Part shown: in pieces, positions 63,043 through 64,000 of the stretch
How positions within the stretch are numbered: position 1 is the stretch's first letter
Layout of the letters: each line of letters starts with the position of its first letter
From: Actinomycetota bacterium
GTDB taxonomy: Bacteria > Actinomycetota > Acidimicrobiia > Acidimicrobiales > JAMCPL01
Length of the DNA stretch: 64,000 bases
Direction of reading: 5' to 3'
NCBI GenBank assembly: GCA_023379675.1
Contig: JAMCPL010000014.1
Coordinates: 72,185 to 136,184, forward strand
The notes under the pieces: generated by a model
Seen by the model: only the letters and a program-made list of their open reading frames with translations
What the model was told of the DNA's origin: nothing
Database searches by the model: none
Position numbers and translations under genes: made by a program

Positions 63043-64000
63043 ATGGCGTACTCGCGCCTTGATCAGCTGGTGCACGATACGGTGCATATTCTCCTGACCA
63101 ACGACTTTCCCCCAAAGGTAGGAGGCATACAGTCGTACCTATGGGAGCTATGGTCGAGGATGGATCCAGACAGCTACGCAGTCGTTACCGCTTCCTCTCA
63201 CGCCTATGCATCCAGATTCGATGACGAGCAAGCATCCAGAGGCATCCGGATACACAGACTTCCCTCCAAGGTGCTCTATCCTTCAGCAACGCTTGTCCGT
63301 GAAGTTGACAGGTTCGCCCGCCATTACGGCGCCGGCACAGTCGTAATAGATCCTATCCTGCCCCTTGGGCTGATCGGGCCGAAGCTGTCCACCAGGTACG
63401 TACTGGTGGCTCACGGAGCGGAAGCTGCCATACCGGCCAAGCTCCCGCCGCTGGCCAGCATTATGCGCATGTGCGTAAGACGATCGCAGGGTATTGTCTG
63501 TGCGGGTAACTATCCTATGGAAGTAATCGGCAAGCTGATGAAGGACCCCACAACGCAGCGCTGCACTGTTCCACTCTACAACGTGCCTCCCGGGGTGGAT
63601 GTAAACAGATTCCATCCATTGACAGGAGTTGAAAAGGCCAGAGCCAGGGAAGGTCTCGGCATCGGCCCCCACGAACAGGTGGTGCTTTCCCTGTCAAGGC
63701 TGGTCCCCCGCAAGGGGATGGACGTCCTCATCAAGGCGGCAGGAGCCTTGAGAACATCCTTCCCTGAACTCAGGGTACTGGTAGGAGGTGAGGGCAGGGA
63801 CAGGGACCGGTTGGCCCGCATAGCCCGAACCAGTGAAGCCAGGGTCACCTTTCTCGGAAAAGTGCCTGACGACCAGGTAGCGACTCTGTATGGAGCGGCA
63901 GATGTGTTCGCCATGCTCTGCAGAGACAGATGGTTGGGACTCGAGCAGGAAGGATTTGGTATCGTATTCCTCGAGGCTGCCGCGTGCGGGATCCCCCAGA
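63043..64000 (+). CDS. GT4-family glycosyltransferase (PimB-like mannosyltransferase type); 3' end runs off the window
   Basis: My own translation reads MAYSRLDQLVHDTVHILLTNDFPPKVGGIQSYLWELW... and ...EQEGFGIVFLEAAACGIPQ, in frame to position 64000. It is absent from the ORF track because it has no in-window stop. Confidence 0.75.
   Translation, partial: MAYSRLDQLVHDTVHILLTNDFPPKVGGIQSYLWELWSRMDPDSYAVVTASSHAYASRFDDEQASRGIRIHRLPSKVLYPSATLVREVDRFARHYGAGTVVIDPILPLGLIGPKLSTRYVLVAHGAEAAIPAKLPPLASIMRMCVRRSQGIVCAGNYPMEVIGKLMKDPTTQRCTVPLYNVPPGVDVNRFHPLTGVEKARAREGLGIGPHEQVVLSLSRLVPRKGMDVLIKAAGALRTSFPELRVLVGGEGRDRDRLARIARTSEARVTFLGKVPDDQVATLYGAADVFAMLCRDRWLGLEQEGFGIVFLEAAACGIPQ

Noticed and set aside
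1-64000. rRNA, tRNA, tmRNA, known riboswitches, transposases or IS elements
   Set aside because: I scanned the intergenic regions by eye. None shows cloverleaf-type complementarity, rRNA-like conservation, terminal inverted repeats flanking a transposase, or a riboswitch core I recognise. A tRNAscan/Infernal run would be needed for a definitive negative.

Overview
This is a high-GC bacterial window. All family calls come from reading the ORF-track proteins and my own translations; no searches were run. The host looks like a monoderm, probably Actinobacteria-like: the tad pilus locus has no secretin, and there are SARP/BTAD and LAL-LuxR regulators and a PimB-like GT4.

(1) 1-28767 is an aromatic-acid / benzoyl-CoA catabolic island. 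It encodes an indolepyruvate-type and a second 2-oxoacid:ferredoxin oxidoreductase, a LeuA-like synthase, an aryl-CoA ligase and an amidohydrolase_2. It also encodes a MenB/Oah/BadI-like crotonase, a CoA-transferase, an SDR, an acyl-CoA dehydrogenase and a TetR regulator. The core enzymes are a four-subunit ATP-dependent benzoyl-CoA-reductase-like enzyme, BoxC/BoxB, a 7Fe ferredoxin, LeuCD-like dehydratase subunits and a three-subunit 4-hydroxybenzoyl-CoA-reductase-like molybdoenzyme.

(2) 28815-32169 holds housekeeping genes (mdh, pheA, tyrA).

(3) 32343-47037 is one long minus-strand block. It runs from unknown secreted proteins through CpaB, TadZ, TadA, TadB, TadC, Flp and TadE/TadG-like genes to a membrane LysM-SARP protein and a lytic transglycosylase, followed by a separate SSB paralog and an unknown gene coupled to it.

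(4) 47490-60967 is a cluster of repeat-rich surface proteins and lipoproteins with a LAL/LuxR regulator.

(5) 61070-64000 holds adenine deaminase and a partial GT4 glycosyltransferase.

The most notable sequence-level observations are:
- Four operons of the aromatic island carry the same promoter (TTGCAA-17 bp-TAnnnT) followed by a conserved 24-nt box, which defines a regulon.
- One copy of that cassette includes a relic of the bcrC-like 5' coding end, now a 57-codon ORF coupled to the leuA-like gene.
- The FAD subunit of the molybdoenzyme has a CX15CX7CX8C insertion.
- O2-dependent (box) and O2-sensitive (bcr-like) routes sit side by side.
- Two convergent giant proteins share a triple C-terminal 'RICDTR' module cassette.
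- A repeated 5' element with a mini-ORF is found at three surface-protein genes.

I saw no rRNA, tRNA, CRISPR array, transposase or integrase. Many long ORFs in the track are antisense artefacts of high GC. Several track starts were trimmed using SD sequences and start/stop overlaps.
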